Below, one piece after another: positions 28,230 to 41,689 of a stretch of 64,000 nucleotides of DNA; positions within the stretch are counted from its first letter, which is position 1, and each line of letters opens with the position of its first letter. The position numbers and the translations under genes were made by a program. Source of the DNA: Takakia lepidozioides (lineage: Eukaryota > Plantae > Bryophyta); NCBI GenBank assembly GCA_030704615.1, contig CM060732.1:68448001-68512000 (forward strand), read 5' to 3'. The notes beneath the pieces were generated by a model, which did no database searches, had not been told where the DNA came from, and saw nothing but the letters and a program-made list of their open reading frames with translations.

Positions 28230-31200
28230 TCTCTTGGTGGAGGCCAGTCAGTCCGGGGTTTTTGGGCTGGGATATTCTGCAGGATCCGCATTGCAGATGG
28301 ATTTTGGTGTGGGGGTGTTGATGTTTTGATTTCTTGTGTTTGGATCCCCCCCAACACCTGCATGCTTGACTGTGCGCCATGTTGGTTTTGTGTGGGCGCT
28401 TGCTTTCATAGGGATTAGGCCGGATTTGATCACCGGTCAATCCTAGAGTATGCTGTCGGTGGTGAGGCTGGAGTGATGACCAGCAAGACCACCAGTGTTT
28501 CTTCTATGGTGAGACTGGGTTGATGACCAGCCAACCATAGGAGTTCTTGCGGTGGATGCAGGTGCAGGTGCCCTAAGCCACTAGGATATGACCCTTAAAC
28601 TGCAACAGGTGCCCACCCGTGTCACTATTAGAATTAGTACTAGAGCCTTATAGTGTCACGTGGGGAGGTGCACATTGTGAGTGTCATCACGGAGTTACCC
28701 AAGGGTTTTGAGGGGAGTACGGCTACAGGTAGTAACAGTGAGAGTAGGTTCACAAGACGAGGTATTCGGTTCAGACCACCTTCACCTCCACCCTCAACTA
28801 CTGTAGAGTCAGACACAGACTCGGAGGCTTCATCAACAGGTGTGCAGTTTCATTTGCCATTGTTGTGGGACGACATGGAGGAGATGTATGGAGCTACCCA
28901 GGGGCCTCGTAGGTACTCTGGAGCTGTGGGCACAATCGAGTTGGATGACTTTATCCAGGAGTTCGACAGCTGGTGTGATTTGCAGCAGATGCGCAATCCA
29001 CAGCTATTCACCCCATTCATGGCGTGGAAGGGACTGTTCCAGCATTTGGAAGGCCCGCCTATGGACGATTACCACGAGTTCAGGCGAGGACATGACGCAG
29101 AGATTGAGGAGTGGAGGATGTATTGGTCACCTGACTACGTCTCCATTACTCGAGGCACAACACGACCAGTAGCTGCATCAGTACCAATATCTCCCACTGC
29201 CAGCACTAGTAGTGGAACAAGTAGTGCCGGTACTTCTGCAGGTGGTACCAGTTCAAAAGGTGTTACTACTCCTTTTGCCACGACTACAATACATGTGCCT
29301 AGATTCAACCCGGTGGTGGAGTTCTTCCAGGAGTTGCGGAGGAACTACCAAGGTGTACGCGAAGTTTGTAAGACTTCCAGCCAAACCCAGTGAGAGCCTG
29401 CGAGAGGCATACACTCGTATGAGGCGCTTGATAAGTGTGACCCAAGGGGTTACTGAAGCTCAGGCAATCCAGTTTTGGTATGGAATCTGGACAAGGAGCT
29501 CAAGAGAAGGGTGCGAGATGCAACCCTGTTACAAGCAGCCCAACCCACATTAGCAGATGTGTTTCTGCTGGCTGAGCGGATTGAGCTCAACATGGTGGAG
29601 GAGTGAGTTGCTACCATTGGATTTGGCAAGGACATGCCTGCACGAGGCGCAGATGCCAGCCCACAGGCACAAGGTACTGCCCAACAGCGTGGTCAGGGGG
29701 GTAAGGTTTCCCAACCCAAGTTCCATGGAGCTTACAGGGGACCTCATGTGCAGAGGCCCGTGGCATCTTTTGCATGCCAACATCAACCAGGGGTGGTATG
29801 TTGGACATGTGGAGGACCCCATGTCAAGAAAGATTGCCCAGAGAGTGGCAGAAGGCCGGCACAAGCACAGCCTGCACAGTTGTAGTGTGGGCATTGTGGC
29901 AAGTATGGGCATGGAGATGCCCAGTGTTATGACTTGCATCCTGAGTTGCGCCCAGGCCAGTTCCAAGGGAACAATTGTGGCCGGGGGTGAGGTGGACCAG
30001 CCCAGAGAGGACGAGGTGGTCGGGCACGAGGTGCAGGCCAAGGGCAAGCTCAACATAGCCAAGGACGCGGAGGTCAGGGTGTTGACCAAGGCATGGCCGA
30101 CCGGCTTCAGGAGCTAGAGCATAGGCTCTCTGCCATGGCTATAGCTTAGGTGGTACCGGCTCCCAGACGGGATGGTCCACCTCGTGCTCCTGAGGGAGGA
30201 GATATGGGAGGCATGGGATTCATGTGCGGAGCAGCACTACCACTAGTGCAGGTGGAGTCTGCTGCAGCCATGACTCGAGGAGCAGCACGAGTTCCTGAGC
30301 CACGAGGTGCAGAGGTGGAATTGGATCCACAGCGTGGGGAGGCAAGCTGTCAGGCGAGGCTTCCTCAGTCATTCACATTGGCGGAGATAGTGTTGACGCC
30401 ATCCATGGCACCTAGTTCTCGCCCGACTGTTACCGAGGCAGAGGTTACTATGCCATAGGGGAGAGCTACACGTGCATCACTGACACCTGCTACTAAGGCT
30501 AGTGCAGCCGGTGTGTTGTTGGGGGCAGCCACCTCTGTGTGTCAAGCCCCATTGTTCTCTGCAACATGATTGCGACGCGGGGGTAAGACCAGCTGCAGTG
30601 TTCAGACTAGCAGCAACACTCTGTGAGAGTGGGGAGGTCACTTCATCTTCTGCGGAGTTAGTGGAAGGTGTAGTGGCAGAGGGATCCTCAGATTTGAGGG
30701 TCAAGACTGCCACGGCTGCGCCATGGCAAGCTCAGCTGCCAGGTTGACGGAGCTGCCAGCTAGGCCAGCCTTTGAGCGCGCCATGGTGACACCTAGAGTT
30801 GTCTTGTTAGACAACCGGGGAGGCATTTTCACTTTGAGTGGACTGGCAGGCAAGAAGTACCGGCCACTGGGGGTCTTGTTGGACTCGGGAGCTCAGCCAC
30901 TGATGTTGGGCAGAGCTGCTATTGCAGGTTTGGGCCTCATGGAGGCGGATATGGAGCCTTGTCCTTTCCAGATACAGACATCTCTGGGAGGATCAGAGCA
31001 GGTTCGGGGCATGACACGGCGTGAGTTGGCCATTGGACTATAGCCGGATCATCCTACAGATGGCTCAGTGATGCAAGCCAAGGCCATTGTGACAGACGCG
31101 GTCTCGTACGATGTCCTGGTTGGTGGGGCAGTGTTGTACCCCATGGGCTTCACCCTGGATTTTTGGGAGGAGTCAGCTTCCTATAGGCCTGGATGGCAGT

Positions 31201-32762
31201 CAGGGGAGGGTCGTCGTGTACAGCTCCCTATGACATTCATTGGAGGTATTGCGGCTGCCAGGCGGGGCAAGATGCCAACACTAGCCGCCTTTACAGCTGC
31301 AGTTAGTTGGCCTGGAGAGTTGCTGGAAGGCAATGCCCATGCAGAGGATGTGTCACCTTCAGCAGAGCATGATGACATGCATGGTACGGCGGAGTTGCCT
31401 GCCATGGTTGCTCACACTCCATTGTGGGGTACAAGCAAGGATTTGCAGCAGGTTGCTGATGGACGGGTGCAACAAGCCTGGGTAGAGGCCTTCGTACCGT
31501 CAGGAGAAGAGGAGAGTGCGGTGATTGATTGCACCAGGACCACCTCAGTTGTCGCCATTGGATACCACACCTCTTGTGTGGCAGTGCCCGGATGAAGGCA
31601 TATGCCTTCTGGACTTTTTTGGCGGGATCAGCACTGGATTGGTTGCAGTACTGCAGGCAGATGTACGAGTTTGACGTTACCTGTATGTGGAGAGGGATGA
31701 GACTGCACGACGTGTCTCACTGCGCCATGTTGCTCAGTTGGTACAGCAGTACCCTGATTTGTTGCCAATGTCTGCAGTTCGTGGATACCAACAAGCCTTG
31801 TCAGCAGACATTTCGTTGTTGGGGGCGCAGGATTTGGAGCAGGTTGGCTCCATTGATCTGGTAGTGGCAGGTTGGCCCTGCCAAGGGCATTCATCAGCCG
31901 GCATGCATGGCAATGGATTGCGAGACTCGAGGACGGGTCTATTTTGGGAGATGGTGCGGGTTTTGCGCCACTTGCAGCTTCATCAAGCTGTATCTCCAGC
32001 ATACATCTTGGAGAATGTGCCACTGATGGGTGATTCTTGGGCCAGGGTGATGGCCAGTGTGCATCAAGTCCGGTCATGGCTTGGGTCAGCAGTGTTGCTG
32101 GATGCAGCTGCACTGGGATCACGGGCTCATCGTCCACGGCTATGGTGGACTAACTTGATGCCACCCGCACTGCTCAAGCGTGCATTTGATGGGGTGCAGC
32201 GGCCAACACACCTCACAGTGGATAGCATTTTGGACACATGGAGGCAGTTTCAACGTGTGAGACACAATGACCGTTTGCCTTTGGCAGTGGTCAATAGGGT
32301 GGGTCAACCACGAGCAGCATTACCTAAACTGCTCAGCTTCCCAGGATCCCATGCTTTTCGGGATGGTGGACCTGGCCTCCTGTGGGATACTCAGTTGCAG
32401 CAGTTAGTGGAGCCTAATGCCGACGAGCGAGAGCGGGCTATGGGGTTTTCCACTGGGACCACGGCGGTGCCTTCTCTTTCTGAGGCATCACGTCGTCAGG
32501 TGTTGGGGCAAGCAATGGATCTCAATTGCTTGACCTGGATTATCAGCTTGGCTATGGCTGAGCAACATAGAGTGCGGAGTGCACTTCCCTTGACGGTCTC
32601 TCTGCCTACCGAGACGGTACAGGTAGCGAGTGGGGGCGAGCTGGTGAGGACCACGGGGTGTAGACATCCATGGCACACGTGGGAGGTGCTCGAGGTTCAG
32701 AGGGAGTTGGCAGCCAAGGCAGCTGTGATGGATGAGGTTGGGGATTCTTCTCGGGTTGATGA
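28230..32762 (+). mobile_element. Degenerate second copy of the DNMT-Gypsy family (leader, gag, protease, DNMT), interrupted by a family-2 MULE
   Basis: Nucleotide and protein similarity to 4880-9400 with many stops and frameshifts. DNMT fragment ORF 31687-32781 (GWPCQ, ENVP). Similarity stops at ...GDSSRVD where the MULE terminus begins; 5' boundary uncertain. Confidence 0.9.
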
Positions 32763-33559
32763 CAGGGATGCCTCGGCGTGAGCCTGGTCACGTGAGCGCG
32801 TGAGCGCAACTGCGCTCACGCCACGTCACCTTGCGCAAATGCCACGTCACGGGGCTCACTCCACGTCATCACACGTGAAGGCGCGTCACCACGCGCCCAG
32901 AAAGAAGTGGAGTGTATTCCCGCGGATTGGCACCCTTTACCGCGGAAACAAGCTGTACGACATAATAAAAGGCATTGAATAAATGATGGATGAATGTACA
33001 GTTGGATGATAAACAGATGGATGAGAGTGAAAAATGAATGTAGATGGATGAATGAGGGATGGATAAGAGTAAAATGGATGAATGTATAATGGATGTTGAG
33101 CAATGACAAAAATTCATGACAGGAAGATGCATGACCAAACTTTTGACGAATGCACAACGTATATGAAATGAGTGTGGAAGGTTTGTGGGGTGGATAAAGA
33201 GTACAGAGGATGAATGTACAATGGATGTTGAACAAAGGAAAAATTCATGATTGGAGCACGCATAAAACACTGTAGATGAATGCACAATGGATATGAGAAG
33301 AGTCAGGGAGGTTTGTGAGATGGATTCATACATATTGCAATTTAAATGAAAGTTGATTCTGTGATTATTATTTGTTCTAAATGAACAACTACGATGGAGG
33401 AAGGGGATTCAACGTTTTCCAGATAGTATGAAAATGAATATTAAAAGAATACAGTTCAGTCTGACTCAGAGCAGTACAATGTATCCCGCTTCCTTGCATC
33501 TAAGTCTAAGTATTTTAGACACCGGATCCACGCTAGATACACCTATGGCTGGCCACTAA

Positions 33560-36500
33560 AAGTCAGGGGATAGGGACTCGGCCGTGTGAAGTGCCATTGC
33601 TTCGGCATAAACAGGAAGCAGAAAATTGGAAAGGGGGCTGTCGAAAACAGACTCGCCAGAAATGACTGTATCTCGTGAAGATCCAACCGCTGCCTTTCCT
33701 GAAAGACAGCCTGAAAAAGTTATTACTGTAACTTTGATGTTATTGAGAAATTGAGTATGGCTCCCAAAGAGGGTTTAGCACTTACTCACATGAAAAGTCG
33801 TTGTCGACCTGCTATCTTCGGGATCGTCATCATTTCGAATTTGAATCCGATCAGTCTGTTGTGCCTGAAGTGGGAGCCAGACAAAAGGGGGAGGAGCACT
33901 GTGTTGTAGAGGTCAGAATCACCCTCCATGCCAAAAGGCTTCTTCCGCCTGCCTTGCATGCATGGTAAGTTGCTCCTGCACCAGACAGGAGGACATGAAC
34001 AGTTTGGTGGGGGGGATTTAAGCAGATGAAAACTGTTGAAAGAAAACCAATCGGAAGGGAAAGAACAAACCTGGGGACACAGAAAGATCGACCACCCGTG
34101 CAGAGCGGTGGCTGCATGACTCCAGCAGTATTTGCATGAACGCTGGGGACTTTCCTTCGCTCCTCTCCAGGGAGTGCCATCTGGTCTCTTCAAAGTCTGA
34201 CTGGACTGCATTGAAGTTGTACAAAATGTCATCGACATGGGGCTCATAGGGGGGGTTGACGGAAACAACCCTGGTCAGAAATCTCAAAGCTGCGGATGGA
34301 GGATGGTTGTCTTTGAGGTGCGAATCCTCCGCAAGCAGATCGCCTCAAACATCCTCGTCTACCAAAGATAGCAGGTTAGTGTGGGTAAACACAATCTATA
34401 GTGGAAGTGTGTACATCGGCTATTCAGAACTCAGACACAAAAAAATCATTTTTATCACGAATCGGTGATGATCGGTGTCGATCATAAACATTCTACTAGA
34501 GTGGAGCTGCAGAGAACATTGAAACTCATCATTGAAAGCACAAGAAGAAGGAGACGGCATACCAGCTGACCAGGGAAACCCCCTTCACAAGATAGGGCGT
34601 TCACACAATTCCATGTGCGCAAAACTTCAAACCCTGAAGACTGAGGTATGATGCCAATGCCCGACGACTATCATTTCACATGACTGAAAAAGCAAAGTGT
34701 CCTGCATCAGAGAGGAAGTTATTACAGAACCCGAACACCCAACTCCAGTAGTTGTCTCGAATTTGTTCCAGCCTAGCGTCTTGCCATTTGGAAGAACTTC
34801 TGGCACAGCCTGGCATCCGGGATGTCGAGAATGACAATGTCGGCCGCATAAGTTTTATGCACACCGCACACGAAGGTGGGATGTGACTTGTGTGACCCTC
34901 AGTGCACACGACAAGTCTTACCTGCTACACAGAGAACATTGCAGACAAGTAACAGACATGTTTTATAAGAACGAAAGCAAGAATGTTTTCAAAGAACGAG
35001 ACTGAAATACTGCCAACGAAACTTTCAGAGAATAAGGAAAGAAACTGGAATTCTCACCAGATTGAGGAATGAGATTATATTGTCCCAGGTAGGGGATGGC
35101 ACCCCAGTGTATCCTCTCTTTCGACTCTGCATCATCGACAGCCAACCCTCATTAACAATTTTCATCTCTCCTGCCGATCAGAACGGGAAGGGTGTGGCTT
35201 GGCATCGAACACGCACTGAACAGTGCGGGTATATCTTCCAGCAGTAAAGTCCTGCCCACTCTCCATCTCCTTTTCTTTCTCCTTCCCCTTGTCCTTTTCC
35301 TTCTCTTTGGACTTGTCTTTGTCCTTTGGCTTTGCTAGTGAGATGGCTATGACATCAAGAGCCTTGTCTTTTGGTTTGCGGCCCGCCTTCTTTCCTTAGC
35401 GGCGTTCCCTGAGCATCAGGCTCCTTGGCAGCCAATGTTGCTATGTTTCGTTGGTACTCTTCGTCAGTAAAAGGCGCGAGCATCTCAGTGTTATTGTTCA
35501 AGTATTTCATATGTTGTTCTTGAAAGGTCGTGTGCTCCGGTGGGCAGTCAAGGTACCACCCACAGTCTCTGAAGTGAGAAGGACTCCAGTCCTTCAATAT
35601 CCCTGCAGTATACATGGTTGGATCGTTTGCAGGGTCCGACCACATGTCAAGATAGTCGGAATTCCGCTCAGGTGATTTTCTTCCATAAGCACATATTTCG
35701 TTTACCTAAAAAAAGGAGATAAAATCCCAACCCACAAAAGCGCTCAGTGAGTAAGATGAAGTAGAAACAGGATGAAAAAAAACATAGATTGAAATGGCTC
35801 TGAGAAACTGCTCCAAGGACCTTTCAGGACCACACGAACTCCAGATGTGAATGTCGTCAACGCCATTCAAAACATTCCATTCAATGAAACTGTAAATACA
35901 CCTAATCCAGGTGAATGCAAACTATCGTTTTGGAATGACACAGACCATAGAAGTGAATGTCGTCAACGACATTCACTAATCACGCCTAATGATTCCTCAA
36001 ATGAAGCAAAATCACAGGATGGAAATCATAACTGAGTATGGAACCCTCCAGGAAAAACTCAATGCACATTCATAACGAACATATCAATGAGGACCTCACC
36101 AAAACACTGTAGTGAATGGCGTCAACGCCATTCACAAAAATACCAACAAAGAACCAATTACTTAGCTCCCAATCCATGTAAATTCAAATTGTCGCTGTTG
36201 AATAATACAGACACAGAAGTGAATGTCGTCAACGTCAAACATTCACTTTGGATTCTAATAAAGAGTTATCAAGCCTCATGTTCTCGCAAGAGGCAAAACA
36301 ATGCAGAAAACAAAGAATGTCTGCATTGACATTCAGCAAAATGAAGTGAGGAACCTCACTGTAACCTCTATGGACACTACAAAAATTTTACATAACTCTG
36401 AGGACCTCTTCAACAACTCCGGATGTGAATGTCGTCAACGCCATTCAAGGACATTATCAATTCTAATCAGGGGACACTATAATTACACCCTTAGATACTA

Positions 36501-39432
36501 AACCAGGTGAATTAATTACTCGCTTAAGAAATGACTCAGACAAAGAAGTGAATGTCGTCAACGACATTCAATCTGGATCATGATTGCAAATCCTGTATGA
36601 AGCCACATTTTTTCCCATAAAAAAAAGCAGTAGAGTTTCAAGTATGACATTGCACCTGTACACAACTCGCATCAGGCCCCACTCTCCTCCAACCTGACTG
36701 TCAAAGTCGTTGGACCGTAAAATGTTACCATCTTTGGAGAACTCCCGGAAAAAAACAGTATCTCCAGGTGAGACCTCTCCACTCCTTATGTATGCCTCCA
36801 ATGACATTTGGGGAGGGGAAACAATCGAAATGTTCAGGTCCTTCAAAGTCTGATCCAGCACAATGACGGCGCGCTTTTTCGAGCTGCAAATTGTATATTG
36901 TCAAAATTGCAAATAAGATACTCATCACATACTTGAGAGAAGAAACGGCATGTTTGAATACACACCTGACTCCACAAAATGTAGCCTTGTGGAGCCAGGT
37001 TATCAAACACCAAATCACTGATTCCTTCCACCTTTGTGCCAGGCTGTATGGTGCTCTTGGGGAACTGATTCAAGTCCTTTACTGTTTGATCTGAGGTCAT
37101 ATCTCCAGCCACCTTATTTTTGTTTGTGGGTCGACCATCGATATGGCCAGCCGGTTGCAATTTCTCCTGCTGCATTTCCGGATGCACATGCTTGTCATAG
37201 TGTGTTTTTGATCTGCTGAAGGAACTCAGGACCAAGTCCAGGATCTACTATTCTAAGTGCCTTTCCAAAGGCGGACATCAATTTGGTTCTTCGCATTTCA
37301 AACTCCTTCTTTATTGCAGACTTCCACCTTTGAGTTTTGTCCTTAGTTCCTTGGTGTTTAGTGCGGTAATATTGGATTTTCCCTTCTCAGCTGCTTTGCC
37401 AGATCTTGCTGCAGGGATTCAAGTAGTGATTAGCTCCAAAGGGACTACAAACATGTATTCGAAAAGTAAACAGAGTGCAGACTCGGGCTTACCGCATACA
37501 TGTACTCCAGAAACGGCCTCTCGTGTCAAAGAATACAAGTGCCTGCAGCTCTTCCTGGTTTCGCACTTCGTGATGATTATTGGGTGGTAGTAATGTCGGA
37601 AAATCATCCAGCTCCTCAGACCAATCCTTGAATTCGGAGAATAGTGTGTGAACCAAGCTTGTTGTCATATGCGATTTCTCTGTCGATCTGCAAAAAACAT
37701 TGGAACATTGCATTCCTTAACACTGTTTTTTGCAGGATTAATAAGACACTACAATGGGAATGAAATCTCTTGGATGACTGACTTGTTCACGTCGTGCATA
37801 GCTGTTAAGAAGGCCTAGCGATCCAAACAATTGCCTCCACAACAACATGCTTGTCTTTGTCTTTCGCATGGTGTTTCTGAATGTATCCAGCCATGCCAGC
37901 AATCGGTGGTTGCCGTCCCAAACGTAGAACATGTGGTTGCAGAATTGCAAGGTGTTCTTTCCCATCATGAGGCCCAGCTCGAACTCCTCATTGGCATCTT
38001 TCCAGCACTCATCCCAGTTATCACTGATCTATGGAGACACTGGTGTGCTATTCCCATTTATATCCGTCAGTGACACATAAAAAACTTGTGCACCAAGTCT
38101 ATATCCATGCACAAAATCACTCTCCAATTTTGTTATGTCATGGGAAAGAGGTGGACACACAACAGGCATTGATATCATCCGGCACAGAGGGATGTCCAGA
38201 CGCCCTCCAGATATGAGCATGTCCCTTATAACCTCCTGAGAGTTTACCTTCTGGAATGACATGAGTTCTTTCACCTTGTCAAGGTAGTGCACTTCAGATT
38301 CATCTGCTTCATCTGTATTCTCTGAGCTTTTTCCGGACTCGTCCCCATCTCCAGATCCTTTCCCCTATGATCCTGCAGGCTTCGACCTCACAGTTTTCTG
38401 CACGATGCCATTCAGTTCTGACTGAGTAATTTGCAAATAGTGAATGGCGGTGTAACGACCATCACTCTGTCTCAAAGAAACTCACTATGAATGGTGTGAA
38501 ACAATTCAGCACAATCTACACAAGCAAAGCTGATACTGCCGTATTCAAAACAAAAGCGAGAGCGATAGCGAACGGCGTTAATGACAATCACAAAAGATAA
38601 CGACCTGCCGGATCGGTGTTGTGTAATGACATCTATGTGTAAGTGATTGGTGGCAACGACATTCAGTATAGTTTAGGGCGGACAGTAAGTGCATATTATT
38701 CAGATTGACTCCACTGTGATTATCGTCGCCAGCATGGGAAGAGGAAGGACTCCTTGAAAGGCAATCAGACAGACTGTATGATCTGAACAACAATGATTGA
38801 CGATATGCCGACCCTCACTCTCTCTTCAAACACATAGGTACATAAATCTCATGAGGAGAATCGAATGGCGTTAACGACGCTCGCAATTCAGTAGTTCCTG
38901 CTAAAGAAGGGAAGATGAGGGACTCCTTGAAAGGCAATCAGACAGACTGTATGATCTGAACAATAGTGAATGACTATACCGATAGTCACCCACTCATTGT
39001 GCGGTAAACCCTTAGCAGAGGAGTAGAAAGCAAATCACCTTTGTGATGGTCGGTAGCGACAATCCATGTCTGGGACATTCCACTCAATCTCTACGCATAT
39101 CTTCAACAATGAAATGTAAGTTAGATAAAACTTACTAGCGCCTTCTTAGGTTTTGAAATTGGATCCCCTTCTGCAGCTTTCCTCTTCCCTCTCACATCTG
39201 CTGGAATTTCTGTCTGCTCTAGGGTTTCTGGACCTTCTCCCGGTTCCGCGTTCCGCGTGCTTCCACCTCCTTCAGTGTCCCTGCGAATCATCTCTGCATC
39301 CACAGGCTGGCGCACTCTTATCGCCGACTGTGTCACAGCCGCTGCCTCAGTCTCCGTCTGCTCTTCTGAATCAGTCTCCGCGTTCACCTGCTGCCTTGGC
39401 CCTGTGTTCTCCAACAAACGACGCCTCGTCAT
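33560..39432 (-). pseudogene. Family-2 ParB-like/N6-N4 MTase-like multi-exon gene, copy a (many indels)
   Basis: LDIPLCRMISMPVV...GYRLGAQVFYVS (38029-38292), MFYVWDGNHRLLAW (about 37900), DIVILDIP (about 34830), KSPAFMQILLESCSHRSARVVDLS (about 34100), GATYHACKAGGRSLL (about 33950). Exon 1 ends in the basic KRK...KPKKAL. Confidence 0.8.
35845..36572. repeat. Family-2 palindromes GTGAATGTCGT-CA-ACG(A/C)CATTCA within an intron of about 950 bp
   Basis: Copies near 35847, 35953, 36111, 36219, 36425, 36548; intron about 35706-36655. Confidence 0.9.
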
Positions 39433-40053
39433 TTGCTCTCTTGCTCTGCGTCTCTCTCTAAGGGAAGTAAAATAAAGAGACTTTCTTCTCTTTCGTATTG
39501 TAGAAGGAACCCTCTCCAGCTTGACTACCACTCTCTCTCTAAGCGCGAAAAGTAGAAAAACGCAGTGACTCCCGATTTCTTGCGGGATTGCCTGCGTTCT
39601 TGCGTGTCTCTAGAAGCATCGGATTCCCTCTCGCGTGACCGTTACACATAGTCGTTCCCTTATTAGTGCACATGCCAGCAATTGGTGTACTGCTGTTCGT
39701 ATTCAGTTATGGATGTCTGACGTGTGTCGCCCAAAATAAACGGCGTGTTCTTTATTATAACGGTTTCAATATTTAAAAATAACAGCGAATCTCAGAAATC
39801 TTGGCGCACAGTCTTACACAAATAAATGTAAATGAACGAGAGTTTGATGACAAATCTTGGAATATCATACACGATCATCCTTGTTAGCCAAACCCCACAT
39901 TCGTTTCACATTTGGAACTTTCCAGGTGCGCATGATCATTGGTAGTAGTATAAAGATACATTTACTTAATCCGCAATCCCATCCTCAGATCCTGTGGCAT
40001 GCTTCCAGGAAGTCGGCTTTGTTATTGGGTTTATTGATGAGGTTCTGGTTAAC

Positions 40054-40783
40054 TGTCGCGCACCTCACTTCGGTAAGCTCCCCTTCGAGTCATAGTTACT
40101 CGCTCCGATGCGCGCGCCTGACTCCCAACCTGGCCGCCCTGGCCAACTTGGAGCTTCGGCTGCTCACCGGGACATAACGGTCCCCCCTTTGCTTCCCACT
40201 AAACCCTCCACCTATTTGGGCCTAGGAGAATTCCCTTTGGTAGATGGCAGTCCGGAACAGCTCCCCACTTTTTGGTCGCTTTCCGGCTCGCTCGCTTACT
40301 CACTAGTTTTTGGTCACCAACGGACTTGCACCGTTCTCGGGGTCACTACTCCCCTTATATATACTTCTGTAGCTGTCCACGGGGGTTTCACAACCAGCCA
40401 TGCCATTTTATGGCGAACCACCACGAAAACCCTCGACTCCCGGTGATGAGTCGCGGTGAGTCTTGGCCCACTCACCACGGCCCCTCTGGACCGTGATGAG
40501 TCCCAAGACTCCCCACGACTCCCACCACGAGGTCTCCGCCCCCATGGTGAGTCTTATGCCACCCCCACTAAGTCCCGCTAAGCTACCACCACCCCTCGTG
40601 GAGCCACCCCCACCGCAACCCTGTGTGCGGGGCTCCACCTAGTGAGCGTCTCCGCCTCCTTCAGTGCCTTGGGCACTCAAGGGTGCTTCAGCCCCCGTAC
40701 CTATCGCTGCTACTGCCCCCACCACAGGGGCAACCCCTCTTGTGTCCCGACCCCCCCTGCCCTCAAGGCAAAGGGCCGCGACA
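40054..40783 (-). repeat. 3' LTR of chromovirus
   Basis: About 16 mismatches to 46276-47005 by eye. Confidence 0.95.
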
Positions 40784-41689
40784 CACACCCCTACCAACAG
40801 GGAGTCGATGTCCTCATCGACTTGTCCATTTTGTAGAAACGAACATCCAAGTTGTGGCGTTCCACATCAAGGAGTTTGTTTCCGTACCATGGTGTCCCAT
40901 GGCAAAGACCCAAACCCCACACTTGACTCTACTCTCCACTAGCTAGTTCGGCCGACTTCCTCCAAGTCCCGACCAAGGGTGGAGCCTCTCCAGCTCCTCC
41001 CAGTGCACTCTTCTTGGCCTACTTCAAGGCCAAGGAACGATCCTCCCCGAGGATCGAATCGCCTTACTGCAACAACATTGCTTGCGATCGCTCATGATGC
41101 CGCTTTTGGCATCACCTTGAGCAAGGGTTCCTTGGAACCCTCTTTGACTAGGAAGATAACCTTGAACCAACCGTGCGCCCCAATCACTACAATTGGGTCC
41201 GCCTTGGAATGCTGGCCTGAGGTACGTGAATACGCCGAAGCCGCACTACGACTTTGTCCCGAGGCTACACGATTATAGTACGTGAACGGAAGCACGTAGC
41301 TTCCGCGTTAGCCCGCACTACAAGGCAACCCCCTCGGTAGCGCAGTTATAGTACGCGCACGCGCCAGGTGCGCACTAGCACGTGAACTCCCAAAGAAGTC
41401 GCAAGTTTCCTTGCCCCTTGGATGGGGGTCACCCGATTTCGGCACTACGCAAACACACGATTAACCCAATTTACCTCTCCCACTTTTATAAGCTAGCATG
41501 CATTCTACACACTAGCCAACCATACCATGCATCACCATTCCAAACAAAATAGGACGCACAACATTTGGAACCCCATTTCCTTTATAACAAATTTTTGTAC
41601 AATACAAGTTTTTGTAATCAGATTCCTAAGCTAGCTAAGCCGGGCTAAGCATGCATTTCCTCCCCCACGCTCCAAGGTTGATGTCCCCA

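Noticed and set aside
32980-33330. GGATGAAT-rich degenerate repeats (also 55000-55340) as a separate element or gene
   Set aside because: Low-complexity subterminal sequence of MULE family 2; the ORFs have no motifs.
39857-41295. ORFs in and next to the chromovirus 3' LTR
   Set aside because: They have no recognisable domains and are consistent with LTR/UTR sequence.
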